A stretch of DNA of 64,000 bases, taken from NCBI GenBank assembly GCA_002189035.1, contig NEEC01000002.1:3596001-3660000 (forward strand). The letters are read 5' to 3'. Source of the stretch: Utricularia gibba. Lineage: Eukaryota > Plantae > Magnoliophyta. Below the pieces are notes generated by a model. That model saw nothing but the letters and a program-made list of their open reading frames with translations. It had not been told where the DNA came from and did not search any database. Both the position numbers and the translations under genes were made by a program. Positions 12,589 through 26,430 of this stretch are shown one piece after another; position 1 is the stretch's first letter, and every line of letters begins with the position of its first letter.

Positions 12589-13851
12589 ACCACCGTGACC
12601 CAACTCGAACCACTCCGGCTCACACCTTCGCTTCTTTTCTTTATATTTTTCAATCATGGGGCAAAGAGCTAATTTTGCTTAATACCCTTGTCAGATTTTT
12701 GCTATTGCTATTGCACCTTAATGTATTTGTGATTTAACTTTGTTAGGTTTATTATTAATAATTTGTCTAATTTATTTTCTTGATAATTTACTCTTGGTTA
12801 GGTTATCAAATAGTATATAAAAAAATGACTTTGTAAGAATATTTAAATTATTTTTAAAAATTGAGTTTTTCTAAAATGTTTTCTTCTGCTTCTACTAAAA
12901 TCATTTTTTGAAATTTTATTTTTTGGAATTTCCCTAATTTTCTTTTAACTCTCCACAATGCTTGTTAACTCTTGAGTGCACCTTCTCCTGATAAAAATAG
13001 GTAAATTAGAGAAAAGGAGATAATTTTATTTGTAAAATATTGCAAGTTTGAATAAATGTACATTTTAAAAGAAAAATTGTATAAATTATTAAAATAATAT
13101 ATTAAAAGATTAAAATAAATTATTTTAAATATAAATATAATATAATGATATTTTTATATTATAATAAATTTAAACATATATTAAATTAAAAACAGATAAA
13201 TACATAATTAACTTTAACCTATTAATTTTAATTACTTAACTATGAATAAAATAATAACAACTGAATTGAATTGTTGTAAATATTTGAACATATTTTACAC
13301 AATTATCATGATTGTTGAATCAAAAAAATTAATGCATGAAATTAAATAAAATATGGATGAATTAATAATGATTAATATAATAATTAAAATATATAATACT
13401 ATTGAATAAGACATGTGATTGGTAACTCCCCTTGCATTTCTTTTTTTGATTGGCTTTGGTTATGTTTATTGGTATTATATTTTTCGGGTAGTTATTTCAG
13501 TTAATTATAAAAATAGTCATTGAACATTTTTCTCTCATACATTGACCAAATTTATACATTTTCACACACACAAAATACAATGTCCATTTCTGTAATCTAT
13601 TGTTACCTTACATAGGAATTTTAGCATGCTTTTTGTTGTGATATTTTTTATTATCATGCTTTCTTTAAGTTTTTTGTACAAGCTGCACAACCCTTAATTC
13701 ACAGTGAGCGACCCAAATACAAAATGATCCTGGACTTATTCCTACGTATACTACTATATTTCTTCGACAGATCTTGCGCAAGGAGACTAAGGCATTAGGA
13801 TTTGACTTACTTTATCCAATGTCTTACCTTGATTTCATTAAGGCCACGTTT

Positions 13852-14733
13852 GGTAGGGTTTAAATAGGTTTTCGAGTGTGTTTATCGGTAAACCGATGTT
13901 TGATATGTGGGTTAAGATGGGTAATTTTAAACCCATATACTGTTCATAAACATGTTTGAAACCCATAACCGTGGGTTTATATAATCCCATGTAGGAGGTG
14001 GGTTTATATAAACTTTTTTGTTCCTTCTTATTTTACCCTTTAATCAGTCTTTTTGAAAGCTAATTTCAGATCTGTAGCAAATCTATTGAAGACCATTCCC
14101 CTAAGCTTCAGCAATGTTTGTCTTTAGACAGCCTTGCTTCATTCTTCACTGCCGATGATGCGGCTGCCTTGGATTTGCTAACTCCCATTTCAAGTTGATG
14201 TAAGATGGTGGTCTCGGCATTTTTCAGTTTTTGGAGCCAAAAAAGAAGGCAATGGTGTTGTTGCATCCCTCTGCTCATGAAATAGCTCTCCTACAACAGT
14301 AGCACTCTTTACATCTGTGCACTTGGTTGAAAAATGGATACCAGAAGGAGAAAAAAACGCAGAAGAAAAAAAAGAAGAATGAGAAAAAAAAAAGAAGAAA
14401 AACAAGAATAAATAAGAGAAGAAAAAGAAAAATAAACTGTTACAATTGTATAAAATTGTAAAAGAGTACTATACTTACTATTATAGGGTGTTTTCTACAA
14501 ATTATAATTAAAAAGATGGATTTTTTTAAAAAGGTTATATTGGTAATTTAATGCATACATTAATCATATACTTAATTTTATATTCATGTATCAAACATGT
14601 TTTCATCTTAAACTCAAATAAGTTAAACTCATAAACCAAACACAAATAATCTTTTAAATTCATAAAATCTATTTATCTAAATCCAAATGAATTAAACTTG
14701 GATTTAAATATTACTCATCAACCAAACATGACC
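13852..14733. mobile_element. Non-autonomous PIF/Harbinger element
   Basis: Left TIR GGCCACGTTTGGT preceded by TAA. Right TIR ACCAAACATGACC (reverse complement GGTCATGTTTGGT). Subterminal AAACCC/GGGTTT-rich repeats; no transposase. Confidence 0.7.
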
Positions 14734-15959
14734 AATGATTATCATTGGGCTTGGCCCCTTTTTATTTGAATCACCATGTCAAAAGCCTAATTTATTTTTA
14801 ATATTATGGTTAAGATTGTTATATCAAATGAACTAACACAAACATCTATATTTATAGTTGTTTATTTAATTCTATCGATAAAATTTGTTTATATTCATTT
14901 ATTTAAGTTCATCGAATCAAATTTTTTTTATGTTCATTTATTTAAAATTCATGATTATTCACAAACATTTATCAACAAATAAATATTATTAATTATTATA
15001 TTTATTTGTATTTATTAATTAAAAATATAACATATACATAATTTAAATTTAAATACAAAAATCCATGATAGTAGGTTTTTGATAAAGTATATAACAAATA
15101 AAATAATTAAATAGTAATTTTAGAAATCAAAATATATCAATTATTCTAATAATTATTGTTTTAATATCACAATTCTTATTTTCTAGTTAAAAATTATTGT
15201 GATTCAACATAAATATCATATTTTTAATACAAATTAGCATTTTTTATGTTTCTTAATCGAGAAAAATGATCAAAAATCATTTATAACTTGACTATAAACA
15301 TAAAAAATAATTTCTAATGTTATATATATATATATATATTGTTTAAATAATTACACTATGTTTATAATATTGATTACTATAAAATATTTTATATTATTAT
15401 TTTATATCAATGAAAGTATTTTATTATAATATTATATATTATAATAAAATAGAATCAAATACAATCAAACATTGATTTTTATCTCTATTAGTTTATTAAA
15501 GTAATAAATTTGGTTTGTTTTCATCTATATACTTTATTTAAACGAAAATAAATGAGCTTAATCGAGTCAAATACAATTCGGACAGAAGTTATTTATTCAC
15601 TATAACATCCCGAATTATGGTCTATGTTAATTTTTCTTGACCCAAAGAGTGAGCATTTGGAGTATAGTTATATTTGTTTGCTTGCACAAGTCATGGATAC
15701 AAAAGAACCATAGTTGATGGCACTTCCAATCTTAATGATCAAGTTCAATCTCAATGATCAATCAAGTGTATGTTAACGATACCCTATTCAAGAATGAAAT
15801 GGGTTTTCGCAAAAAAATAAGAGGCTCAGCTTGGGAGGAAGGCACAATGGTCAAAGAGAAGGAATTTTTTGGAGTACTAAAATAAATCGGTCCGCATATG
15901 TAAACCAAAATTTGATAATTATAAAAAAATTAAAAAACTGAGAGGATTGAATTAATACA

Positions 15960-18694
15960 TTGTTATTGGGTCGGATGGTGAATTTTAATTTTAAAAACCA
16001 TTAATCACCCGACCCATCATAAATGTCTGTATATTAAATAATATTCAATATTTTTTATTCAAAAATTCACCTCTCTCATCGTAAGCAATGCTTTTGACTT
16101 GAGGGTATTGAATTTTTGCAAAATTCACCTCTCTCATCGCCCTACCTATTTCTTTGCAAATTGTGACTGTTATTTACTCTATCCTGGTTAGATATTCTTG
16201 AGCATGCATTTTTCTACTAGATCTTGGTTATATTTTGTTTGAAATATGCGTCTATTGAATTATATCTTTGGATTGAGTGAAATAATTTTTTTTTCATAAT
16301 TCTCAAATAGTTTTTTTTTCCTTTATATAAATGTAATTTATGATTAAAATGTTCAAACATTTTAATCTTAGGGGCTAGGTATATCATGAAAACTGAAAAG
16401 TACAAAAGTATTGGCAAGATTGAGAGTGAATGATAAACAAAAATTTAGCAATGTCGTTGCAATAAAACCAAATTTTCGTTATCAAATAAATTTATAAGCT
16501 CTAATCTACACAAAATCCAAATTTAGAAAACTTGTATAGTAAATGTCGAGGTTGATCACAAGGAACTTGTGCTTGCTAAGTATTTCAATAGATGCATCAT
16601 TCGGAATAACAGTGAGTTTTAGTCTAAGTTCGAACTAATAGTGGTAAACAAGTTCAGTAAATAATATCAAGTCCAACGCTAAAGGTATCAAGTACTGGTT
16701 CTAATTTAGAGTAATACTAAGATGCCTTAAGGGTTTGCAGGTGGTAGGGTGTCAAAATTCCTAATTTAATTTACCATGTTTCTACACTCACAACTTCAAA
16801 TAACCTAAGTCTACCCAGGTCATTCATCATATTTTCGGCTAAGTTAGTATATAGAACCTAAGTATTTCCGCAATATCATCACCAACATTGCAATTAGGTC
16901 TACCCGCATGCAAAGTATATAGAACCAGGTCTACCCGGTTCTACTGGTTCTACCCCGGACTAACACCTACTATTCCTATTTTGATTTGTTAGTTTACCTC
17001 TAAATCAAACATCTTAGTTGTGAAGCTACTTGTTCCCCTCCTTAGGTCTACCCATGAAATGATAGAAACAATAGCTAAGAAACAATAATGAATTTTATTT
17101 TGAATTCTAGATCCATACCACCATGCTTTATCTTAAAGCATCCCTAAGGTTCTAGCTATTCATACTTTCAAGGTAAAATATGATAACATTAACATAAAAT
17201 GGTGAAAATGTCAATAACATCATGAGAGAGTTGGTTGTAGAAACTGAAAACATCAACAAACGAAAGTAAAGAAATGATAGTTCTTGTTTCTGTCAGCTAC
17301 TGTTCATAGGCTAGAATAGTAGCACTGGGCTGGGTCTTGATCTTCTTCCTTCATGTTGGAGGTTCTTCTCCAGAAAAAATCACCCTTCTACTCCTTCTGG
17401 TTCAGTATTCGTCGTGTTGGGGTTGAGGGAGAGACCCCCTCGTGTGTGCTGCAAAACTGCTGCTAAAGCTGGTCGAGCCCCCTAGCGACTCTCTCTCCTC
17501 CGTTTTTTTCTCTGTCTCGCATTTCCCAAAGCAAGTACAATCTATGAAAACATTGCTGCTCCTACCCCTGACTTGTAGACTGCCGTGTGACAGTATACTC
17601 ATTCCTCCCTACTGCACGGTAACTCGCATGAAATCCTTGACTTTTCCACAATTTTGGAATCGCTGCTAGACTCAAAAATTGGGTTAGAACATGGGGTGGC
17701 TTAAATCCTTTGATTTATCCCACAAACACACCAAAAATTACATTTTCCCTAATCATATAAAAATATTCAAAACTATAAAATTAACAAGTAAACATAATTA
17801 AAAATTTGTGATTTTAATATCATAAAACATGAAAATTTGTGTGCTATCAGTGAATATGCTCATGGTTCTACATCAAAACCACCTCAAAAATGATCCTTTT
17901 GGATTGGAAGCCAAGTACCTCTAATTCAAAGAAGAAGAAATCTAGTTTTACTAATAAAAGTATAGTATCCAAAATTACTAATAGTAGAAGATCTTTGGTG
18001 TGAGACCATTTTGATGAAATTCTTGTTGAAGATGCAATGGATACAGAGAAATTCAAACTAAAATCATGTTGCAAGTATTTTGATTAAGAATATGTAGCTG
18101 AAGTGAAAAAACATGTTACAAGTAATATGATTTATCATTTTAATGAACAATGCAAGTATACTTATAGACAAGTTGATGGAAAACAAAATTATTATCTTTT
18201 AAAACATCAAAGGATGGATCTTTTGCATTAAAGTCATCAAGTTTTTCTCAAGAAGAGTGTAGAAAATCGCTGACAAAGATGATTATTATTGATGAATGTC
18301 ATTTTATAACCGTTGATGGTTTATGATTCATAGCCAAAATTTAAGATTTCTAGTTGCTTTACAATTTCAAGAGATTGTCTCAATCTTTATTTTGAGTAGA
18401 AGAAAAAACTGAAAAAAGTCATGTGTGTCAATACAGAATGTTAACTACATTCAATACAAGAACTATCATTTCTCAATCTTTATTTTGAGTACATTATTTT
18501 CAGATTGGAAAGATTATGTCTTATTGTAGATACATGGACTTCAATACAGAATGTGAACTACATGTGTGTCAATGCACATTGGATAGATAAGGATTTCAAT
18601 TTGCAGAAGAGAACTCAAAGTTTTTCAATTATTCTAAATCAGAGGGATAAGACAATTTGTATGATGATTGAGTACTACATGTGTGTCAATGCAC
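15960..18694 (+). mobile_element. Decayed hAT transposon (BED finger and N-terminal transposase), interrupted by a solo LTR
   Basis: GGGTCGG/CCGACCC subterminal motifs at about 15968-16015. A degenerate BED finger RRSLV*DHF...KSCCKYF...TSNMIYH lies near 17985-18150, followed by ERLCLIVDTWTSIQNVNYMCVNAHWIDKDFNLQKR (18505-18610), a hAT transposase motif. Confidence 0.8.
16431..17849 (-). mobile_element. Solo LTR (Athila-like, 1419 bp) with perfect 5-bp TSD GTGAA
   Basis: TGATA...TATCA termini. GTGAA at 16426-16430 and 17850-17854. The hAT sequence resumes across the insertion. Confidence 0.92.
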
Positions 18695-20197
18695 TGTTGG
18701 GTTTCTCGTAGACATCGTATGTCTCAAAAGCAGCGGAATTTTAAAAATTTTGCGAAACCCCCAACGCAGATCTTGGAATACGGTATACATCAGACATAGG
18801 GATGTTCAAATTACCTTTCAGATGACTTCGTTGTTCACGAACCGCCAATAGCAGACGGCCTCTATGGTATCCACACGTGGAGCACTCCGTCGATAACGTT
18901 CTCAAGGCTCTTGAATGCTGGTCGAATTTCTCAGGTGCTAGTAGAGAAAAACGCCTCCTTGTGGATTAGTCTCAGAGAGCACGAAGACCCTTAGAGCAGC
19001 TCTCAAGATCTAAATCTTTTGATAAATATATGGTAACATATCAAATCATATCTCCGTAAAGATTTTATCTTGTGGAGATATGTATATGTTCCAAATCTTA
19101 TCTATATATGATCTTTTATTTTGAGTTTAATCAATATTAATCTCAAAATAACTCTCAATTTAATTTATCCACTTTACCAATTACATCTCATGTAATTGTG
19201 TCATTCTATTTTATATTGTTGAGTGACTCCACTATTGTGTGTGACCCTATAGGCTTCTTCAATCAAGACCATAATAATGGATTTATTAATTAACTCTTAA
19301 TTAATCAAATCCATCATTATCGATCATGAGTGATGTCTAGCAACATATCATGATCCCCAAGATGTAAGAATAATCAGGTGAACTGATTGAGCCTTTCCAT
19401 GACCAGCCACCATGCAGTGAATAGCTTTCATCATACTTATATCTCATTCAATACCAGAACATGGGTGTGTGTCTTTCTGATGTATCGAACTTATAATTGC
19501 ATTCACGCACTAACACTCAATAACCTACTCAAACAATTCGAGTGTCATTACCCTGGGCCCAAGACTTATTGTTAGGCTTTGATGCAATTACTTGAGATAT
19601 GATCTCATCGCTAATATGAGTGATGAATTCTTTATTGATCAATCAACTATCTCCAACCTTAAGGAGTCAAATCCCTACTCATCCATACTAGGCAAGCCAT
19701 GGTTAGGCTCCCATTAGTAATGAGCAAAAATGTGAACTTAAGATCAAGATAACTTTGTTGACCTCAAGTCTAAGCTTAATTGCACGGCTATCATATTCGA
19801 GATCTTGCTACTGACACTTGGTTAGCTTCCCATAGTAGCATCTCGAAGATGAGTCATCCAGTGAATCGATTCTCTAATCGACACCCACACATAGGTTATA
19901 GTAATCTCATTACATCAATTGTGAGAACCATTGCCTAAACAATTTAGGGAACTCAATGTGTGCCAGCTTATCCGTATTTGTGATATCCTCATTTCACAAA
20001 TACTCTAGCTAGAGAGTTTTTAACTTGATCATGAGTGCTTTGAAGAATCTCACATTATGATCTCATCATAATTTCTATAGCACATAGATCAAGTAGAGGA
20101 TTTTATTAATGATATAAATTTGATCACAATTCAAAGTAAATATCATAAGATAAGATTTGACAATGAGTTGATTGTCTCTAGAACACATACACTAACA
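18695..20197 (-). mobile_element. LTR, probably Ty1/copia Angela-like; solo or remnant without matching TSD
   Basis: TGTTG...CTAACA termini, about 1.5 kb. AAGCAGCGGAATTTTAAAAATTTT near the end recalls Angela-type LTR ends. No adjacent PBS or PPT. The flanks (TGCAC/CACTA) do not match. Confidence 0.6.
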
Positions 20198-20687
20198 CAC
20201 TACTGCCAAGAGAATTTATGGGAGCAATAACAACTCCTACAAGATACAGAATTTGACAATCATAGAAAGATCTTGAACCAATTTTGACACAAGGTTTGCT
20301 ACAACAGAGTTAGATCACCTGCGCTTGAAGCATCGTTCCAATTGGTCATTCATACGAAAGGGATTGATCTCCTAGAAATAGAGTATCTCCTTTTCAATCC
20401 TCTTTTGGGTTGTGCACCTCTACTTAAAAGCTCTTTGTCATTTAGTTTGAAGCAGCAAAGAGTTCGTATCCATTAGTCGTTATTTTCAGTGAGCCCAAGA
20501 ATGATGGGTCATCTAGACGTGGGCTGGTTTATTTAGGTGACAGGTAAGATAAAGGCAGCCCACCACAGCCTCAATGAAAGTACAATCATGTATTTTTAAG
20601 TAGCAATTCAGCTGATGCAATAAACAAAATAGTGAAATATTGTTGTTTGGTATCTAGGTATAATTATAGCAAGTTGTTATAATTATA

Positions 20688-21694
20688 TGATACATGTCAT
20701 TTTCTAAATAATTTTAAAGGATTTTTAACTTGTAAAATACAAAATGCGTAGTATGGGTGTCGAATACAGAGAGCTACTTTTCTAAAGATAGGTGAAGTTA
20801 TACCAAATACAACTATTACATTTTGTAAACGGGTTTGTAAAGTAAAAGATGTTAGAAACATAAATAATGAAGTTTGAGTGAGAGAATTGTAAGCAAACAA
20901 GAGAAATGGATTTAAGTGATGAACCTTAAATAAGAGAATGCTCTTGGGATTGGAATCATGTCCACTTATGTTCATTGTGTCTTCTCTCTTTTCTGATATT
21001 CTCGAGTACTTGACTATAGGAATAAAGAATTGTCTATCCTCCTTTACACTCTCTTGCAAGGAGATGCTGCTCCTCATTGGATAAACGTGAAAATAAGAGG
21101 TCGTGGTGACATACCCTCACAATTAAATTCCGCATGTGTGTCCAAGTGTTGCTAATGACCCAATAAATCCGTATACGAGATCAGTACAGTAACAGACAAA
21201 ACATTGTCTCTATCGAACCGATAGAGTATGAGTTGGTAATTTCCACCTTTCTCATCTTCAACACTCGAAGGTAATGACATGAATCTTGAATAAAGGTGCT
21301 GTTACATAAAGACTAACACAATTGCACATATGGAACCCGATCAGTTTTCCAAAGGCATTGGAGATTGAATAACAAAACATAAAACTAGGAGTCTCCCCAT
21401 CCATAAAAAAAGAGTTTCTAGCTGTAAATGACCATGCAAAACATGAAAAACGAAAACAAAGTTTTAGAGAGAAGCTAAAGAAAAATCCTTTAAAGAGATA
21501 AAATAAAAGAATAAACTAAAATGAATGTCTTAATTGAAACTAAACTACTTCTATCTGAGTTTTCGTGTCTCCTAATTCTGCTATGGATTGCAGTGACTTT
21601 TAAAATCTAAAACTTATATTATAGATTTTTAACTAAACAACTTAAATTAAATATAAAAATGATCTAAAAGATAATAATAAAATGACGTTTAACA
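20688..21694 (-). mobile_element. Solo LTR (Athila-like, 1007 bp) with perfect 5-bp TSD TTATA
   Basis: TG...CA termini. TTATA at 20683-20687 and 21695-21699. Homologous to 5422-6275 and to the 27-28.4 kb and 38.1-38.7 kb LTRs. Confidence 0.88.
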
Positions 21695-22299
21695 TTATAC
21701 AAATTTGTAACCCTCATATATGGGTATCTATATCAATACCTAAGGGAGGTATAGGTATTTTTATACTTGGTATTAAAATTATATTTGTGTCCTAATTTTT
21801 TAATTATCTAATTATATTTAGTCATTTTAATTACATTATTTTTATTGAATTTGATTATTTTATCTACTAAATTACTCTCACATGCCCTAATTTCGTAGCC
21901 TCTACGCAGCTTGAGATAAGATGGGGGAGGGTCATGTATTCTAGAATATTTCAAGTGACTTTTCTTCCTTGAAATTCTTGATATGAATGTTCTTCAAGCC
22001 GTGGAATATTGTAACTTCTCTTTTATAAATTTCATAACTTGTCATTTTTGTTTTAATTTACATACCTTACAATTCATTGGAAGATCGCACTGGCATGGAT
22101 TTTTTGTTACATATTTCAATTTGAATGTTCTCATTGCAACTATCTTGTCACTTTTCTTCTATTGTAGAGATACTGTACACAACGGCCATAGTTTTTACAT
22201 ACGTTTAAAAAAGGGGACAAGATAGGTTTTTATAACTCATTCTTTATCCAATTGTTTTGTATGAAGATATAATTTAATTATGAATATTTTTCAGGTATT

Positions 22300-23650
22300 A
22301 TAGTGAAGAATGAATAATAAAGTTATGGTCAATGCTATTATTTGTGTTGTTGCAAAGCATTTGTGCATATTGAATTTTCTACTTTGGTAGCATAGTTATT
22401 GTGAGGATTATTGACGCAAACTGCAGCAATTGATGAATGAAAAAAATTCCAAAAGAAATCTAGTACTGAAGTACTCTTATTTATGATGTGAATAATTATG
22501 TCTTGGATAATTTGAGAAAAAGTAGAGATTTTTTTGGAAGGTTATGATTTCCTTCTACAAATGTACTCACGATTGAAGGTTTCAAGATATGTGACAGTGC
22601 TAGAAAAAATGGCCTTGTTTTATGGGATCTTATCTCATCACAAGAAAGTACGAGTGTATAAACATCACTTCAAATGCTCCATTGAGACGATATCAAGGTA
22701 TTTCAAGTCTATGCTCCAAACAATACTCAGACTCCATGAGATCCTCTTACAAAAACCAATACCTTTGAGATCAGCAAATTCATCTTAAAAATTAAGCATT
22801 TTTTAGGTACATTTTATTCAAAACATATTTAAAGATTGAGAAGTAGCTATCGATATACTTTTTTAAAGAAAGGAACTGTGAAGAAGCTTTGGATGGTACA
22901 TATATTGAGGCACGTTTAAAAGAAATCGTAAGCCATAGTATAGAAATTGCAAAGGCTATATTTCAACAAATGTTCTTGGAGTATGCAATGAAGACATGAA
23001 TCTCATATTTGTATTGCATGATGCATTAGAATGTTCAGATGGTATTGAAGTGTGCAAATGTATGAATTACAAAAAATTGCAAAGGTTAAACTTTTTTTGT
23101 GAGATTGGCGCTGATATTTTTTTGCTTCTATTTTGATATGAAAAAATGAAGGAAGATGATGTACGGTGTAAGCTATGCTAAAAGTATGAGAGTGAATTTA
23201 ATGATTTACATTTTTTATTTTTTCCATAGGTACATACTACTTGTGTTACAAAGGATATGCCAATACAGATGGATTTATAACAAATTACAGAAGTGTAAGT
23301 TATCATTTAAAAGAATGGGAAGCTGGAAATCAAGTCCCTCAAAATGCAAGTACTTTAATATATATGGCATGCATCTACTAGAAATGTGATTGTACAATCC
23401 TTCAAAGTGCTTGCTTTTATCCTATTCAAACTCAAAATTGCATTGTTTTGGAATGCACTCTATTACTTAATTGTATTTAGTAGAAAGCCATATCAACCCA
23501 TTTGAAGAGTTGATTCTTGAGGAATATGAAAATATAGATGCTGACAATGAAGAATTAGATGATCACATTTCTATCATTCAGAGTCCTAGAAATTATTCAA
23601 TGTATGGAAAAGCTCTAAAAGAAGACATTAGTGATTTACATAAAGTTGAG
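22300..23650 (+). pseudogene. PIF/Harbinger DDE transposase remnant
   Basis: LEKMALFYGILSHHKKVRVYKHHFKCSIETISRYFKSMLQTILRLHEILLQKP, then EALDGTYIEAR and RNCKGYISTNVLGVCNEDMNLIFV. Many stops and frameshifts. Confidence 0.85.
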
Positions 23651-23699
23651 TTTCTATAAAGACAACTGCTGATATAGAATAAATTCTCTATATCATTCT

Positions 23700-26430
23700 G
23701 ACATATTATATGAATTCAGTCAACAATTCATTGTGCTTTTTTATTCTCTTGGATATCATGGTTGCAAAATTTTGAGTTTTTATTTAATCAAATTTGAAAA
23801 AAGTGAGTCAATATCAATCTCATATTCATCATTGTCTCATGGCGGAGTAATGAGTATGATTTTTCAAACCTAAACAGTTTTTTCATAACTAAACAATGAT
23901 GGATTTTTTTTGAGGGGGGGGGGGGCAATTTCATGTATCTTTTTTCAACACACTGTGGATGCTAAAATAACAAAACATTATGAGGTGCTAACAAAAAAAA
24001 CTTGTCCATTACAAACAACAAATCCAGTTGTATCAAGTTTCAACAAAGTTGAATTTATTTAACAAAAGCAAGCATACATAATGAAAGCAGCAAGTGTGGA
24101 TTCGGCACTCTTCATTTACTACTTGCTTTCATAAATTACAGCCAAGTTTAGCACAATCTACTCACACTAAGTTTTAGTAGACATAAGAAAGTAGTTGAGC
24201 TTCACAAAGTTAGTGCGAATAGTTTCATTGATATGAAAACACTGCATGGTAGACAATGGCAATGGCATTCTTTAAATAATTTCCTATGCACTTACTTGCC
24301 TTTCCTCATTCACTCGATCATTTTCTCCCATCTTTGAGGCAATAGTCCACAGTTCAGCACAAGTATGGTCAATTAATTCCATGATTTTAGCCAAGAAATC
24401 AGGTTATGCATGCAATGGCTTCTTTCTTCCAGATTTACGATTCTTGTCTTTTTGAGATGCATTACATTCTGCTTCTTTGGTCTTCAGTTTGGAATCAGCC
24501 TTTTAATGCTCTGAAAAGTGATTAGTCTCACAAAATGAGGGACCATCTTTAGAATAATAAGTTCCATTACCATCATATTGAAAGTTTGAATGAAGATATT
24601 CAAGAAATAATGAAGTCTATTCTACTTCATATTCAGACATTTCATTTTCCCTCTTCTTTGACGTAGCCTTCTTACAAGTTTCTGAGTTAGTCTTAGTAGC
24701 CTTGTCTTTCCCAAATATTTCTTGTCAATCCTTATAGTAGAGCCATGTTTTGAACCTCAAAGCATACAATCTCGAACAATTCTAGACCATAATTGAGCAA
24801 ATTATATAATGCATTCAACTAATAAAAATCTAAAAATTTATTAAAAAAACAGTTGATCTGAAAATCATTACATGATATACTTCCTTCCAAACTTCATTAC
24901 TTGCATCAAGCATATTTGTGTAACCAGTGCTTAATTTAGATAAGAAGTCTGTTAAAGAATAATACTCTTTTTTCCAATTGTGAACCTTGGAGTTGATGTG
25001 TAGCTGTGCTCAAATCTCAGTCTCTGATGTGAGCTCCTTGAAAGCTATTTCAAGTGCCACCTGGTACCCTATGATGTTGAGTCAAAACTAATCATATTTA
25101 TGGTCTTTTAAATGTTAGGATGAGGAATTAGTTGAGATAAAAAAACGTAAAAATATCAAAATTAGTGTTATTAAATTTAGTATGTGTAAAAACATGTTTT
25201 GAGTCTATTTTGTCTTGATTTACTTATCGGGCTGAACTTCATGTTCATCTAGACCCAGGAATGGCCAGCCCCTTTGGGCCGGGCCATGTATTATGACCAC
25301 TTTATGCAATATTTATTAGTCTAGGGGCAAAATATGAATTACAGGTCTACATGCACGAGGAGATAAGATACTCGGTGAGAAAAAGGAAATGAGGAGAAGC
25401 TAAGCCTCGCCAAGGCACGTAACAGGGGCAGGCAAGATTGGCTACAGAGAGAACAGAGATTTCAAATGCTAGGAGAGATTTTTCCGATGATATCAAATGA
25501 GTTTCAAGGAAGAAGACGAAAGAGGAATAGTTCCAACGTGATAGTAGAACTCATCTCCAACATTGGGAGCGCAAAGAAGACAATGGGAGTAATTCCAGAG
25601 TGATAATAGAACCACCTCCATTGCCTAAAATGGCAACAGAGTACTTGGAACCTTCCTGGCAAAGCTTCATGTCTAACTTGACGAGAAAAAAAACTGATGC
25701 ATCCACAAGAATTGATTTGGAGAACCAAACACACCCTTCCATTTTCTTCATTTATTTTCGCACTTTCACAACTTGCTAGCTCACTTAATGTTTCTTGCTG
25801 AATCTTCATCTTGTTTGAATGTTTTCAACTTAGCATGTTTTTCATCATCGTGTTTTTTACTGCTTTCAAGCATGAATCACAATAATATTGGAGCATGTTT
25901 AGGTTACCTTTCAGAATGGTTAATTTTTGTAGTAAGTGTAATACTTATTTTTAAACTTTCAAAAATGCGGATTAGAAACCCATTTTAAAAGTAAGTGTAA
26001 ATACTTACTTTTAAACTTTTTGTATTAAGTGTATTAAGTGTAATGCTTACTTTTATTGTTTGTATTTAGTGTAGAATCCATTTTCTGAATTTTAATTGAT
26101 TTCTCTAGAGTAGAAACCCACTTCTCAACCAAACCCTCTGTTTAATCTCACTTGCACAAAGAAGTCGCAACTGAAAACCGTTTGCTCATTGTGGATCGAC
26201 TTAGACTTTCCATTACTGCCTTGTTTTCTCTCTGAAATGTGATGTAGAATTTTCCTTCCATCACCATCCTATAAATCCGTTTTCAATTTTCCAAGATTGT
26301 TCAATTATTTCTTTGAATGCTTCAATGAGATGAATCTCTTCATCAGGTTTTCATTGGCATTTAGTTTTTTTTGCATCTTCTACCTCATTTACTTTTCCAC
26401 TTCCTTGTTTCTCATCATCATTGTGACAAA
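23700..26430 (-). pseudogene. PIF/Harbinger ORF1 (Myb/SANT-like) remnant split by the 25072-26263 LTR
   Basis: KCQ*KPDEEIHLIEAFKEIIEQSWKIENGF (about 26270-26370) continues after the LTR as GYQVALEIAFKELTSETEI*AQLHINSKVHNWKKEY...TNMLDASNEVWKEVY. The lower boundary is approximate. Confidence 0.75.
25072..26263 (+). mobile_element. Solo LTR (Ty3/gypsy-like, about 1.19 kb)
   Basis: TGATG...CATCA inverted termini; the Harbinger ORF1 frame is interrupted exactly here. The TSD is degenerate (CCCTA vs CCATC, or TCCTA if the end is 26266). Internal tandem AAGTAAGTGTAATACTTA repeats. Confidence 0.75.

Noticed and set aside
14811-15611. Possible hAT-type MITE between the Harbinger MITE and the hAT remnant
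   Set aside because: Terminal similarity is weak in very AT-rich DNA, and no 8-bp TSD could be confirmed.
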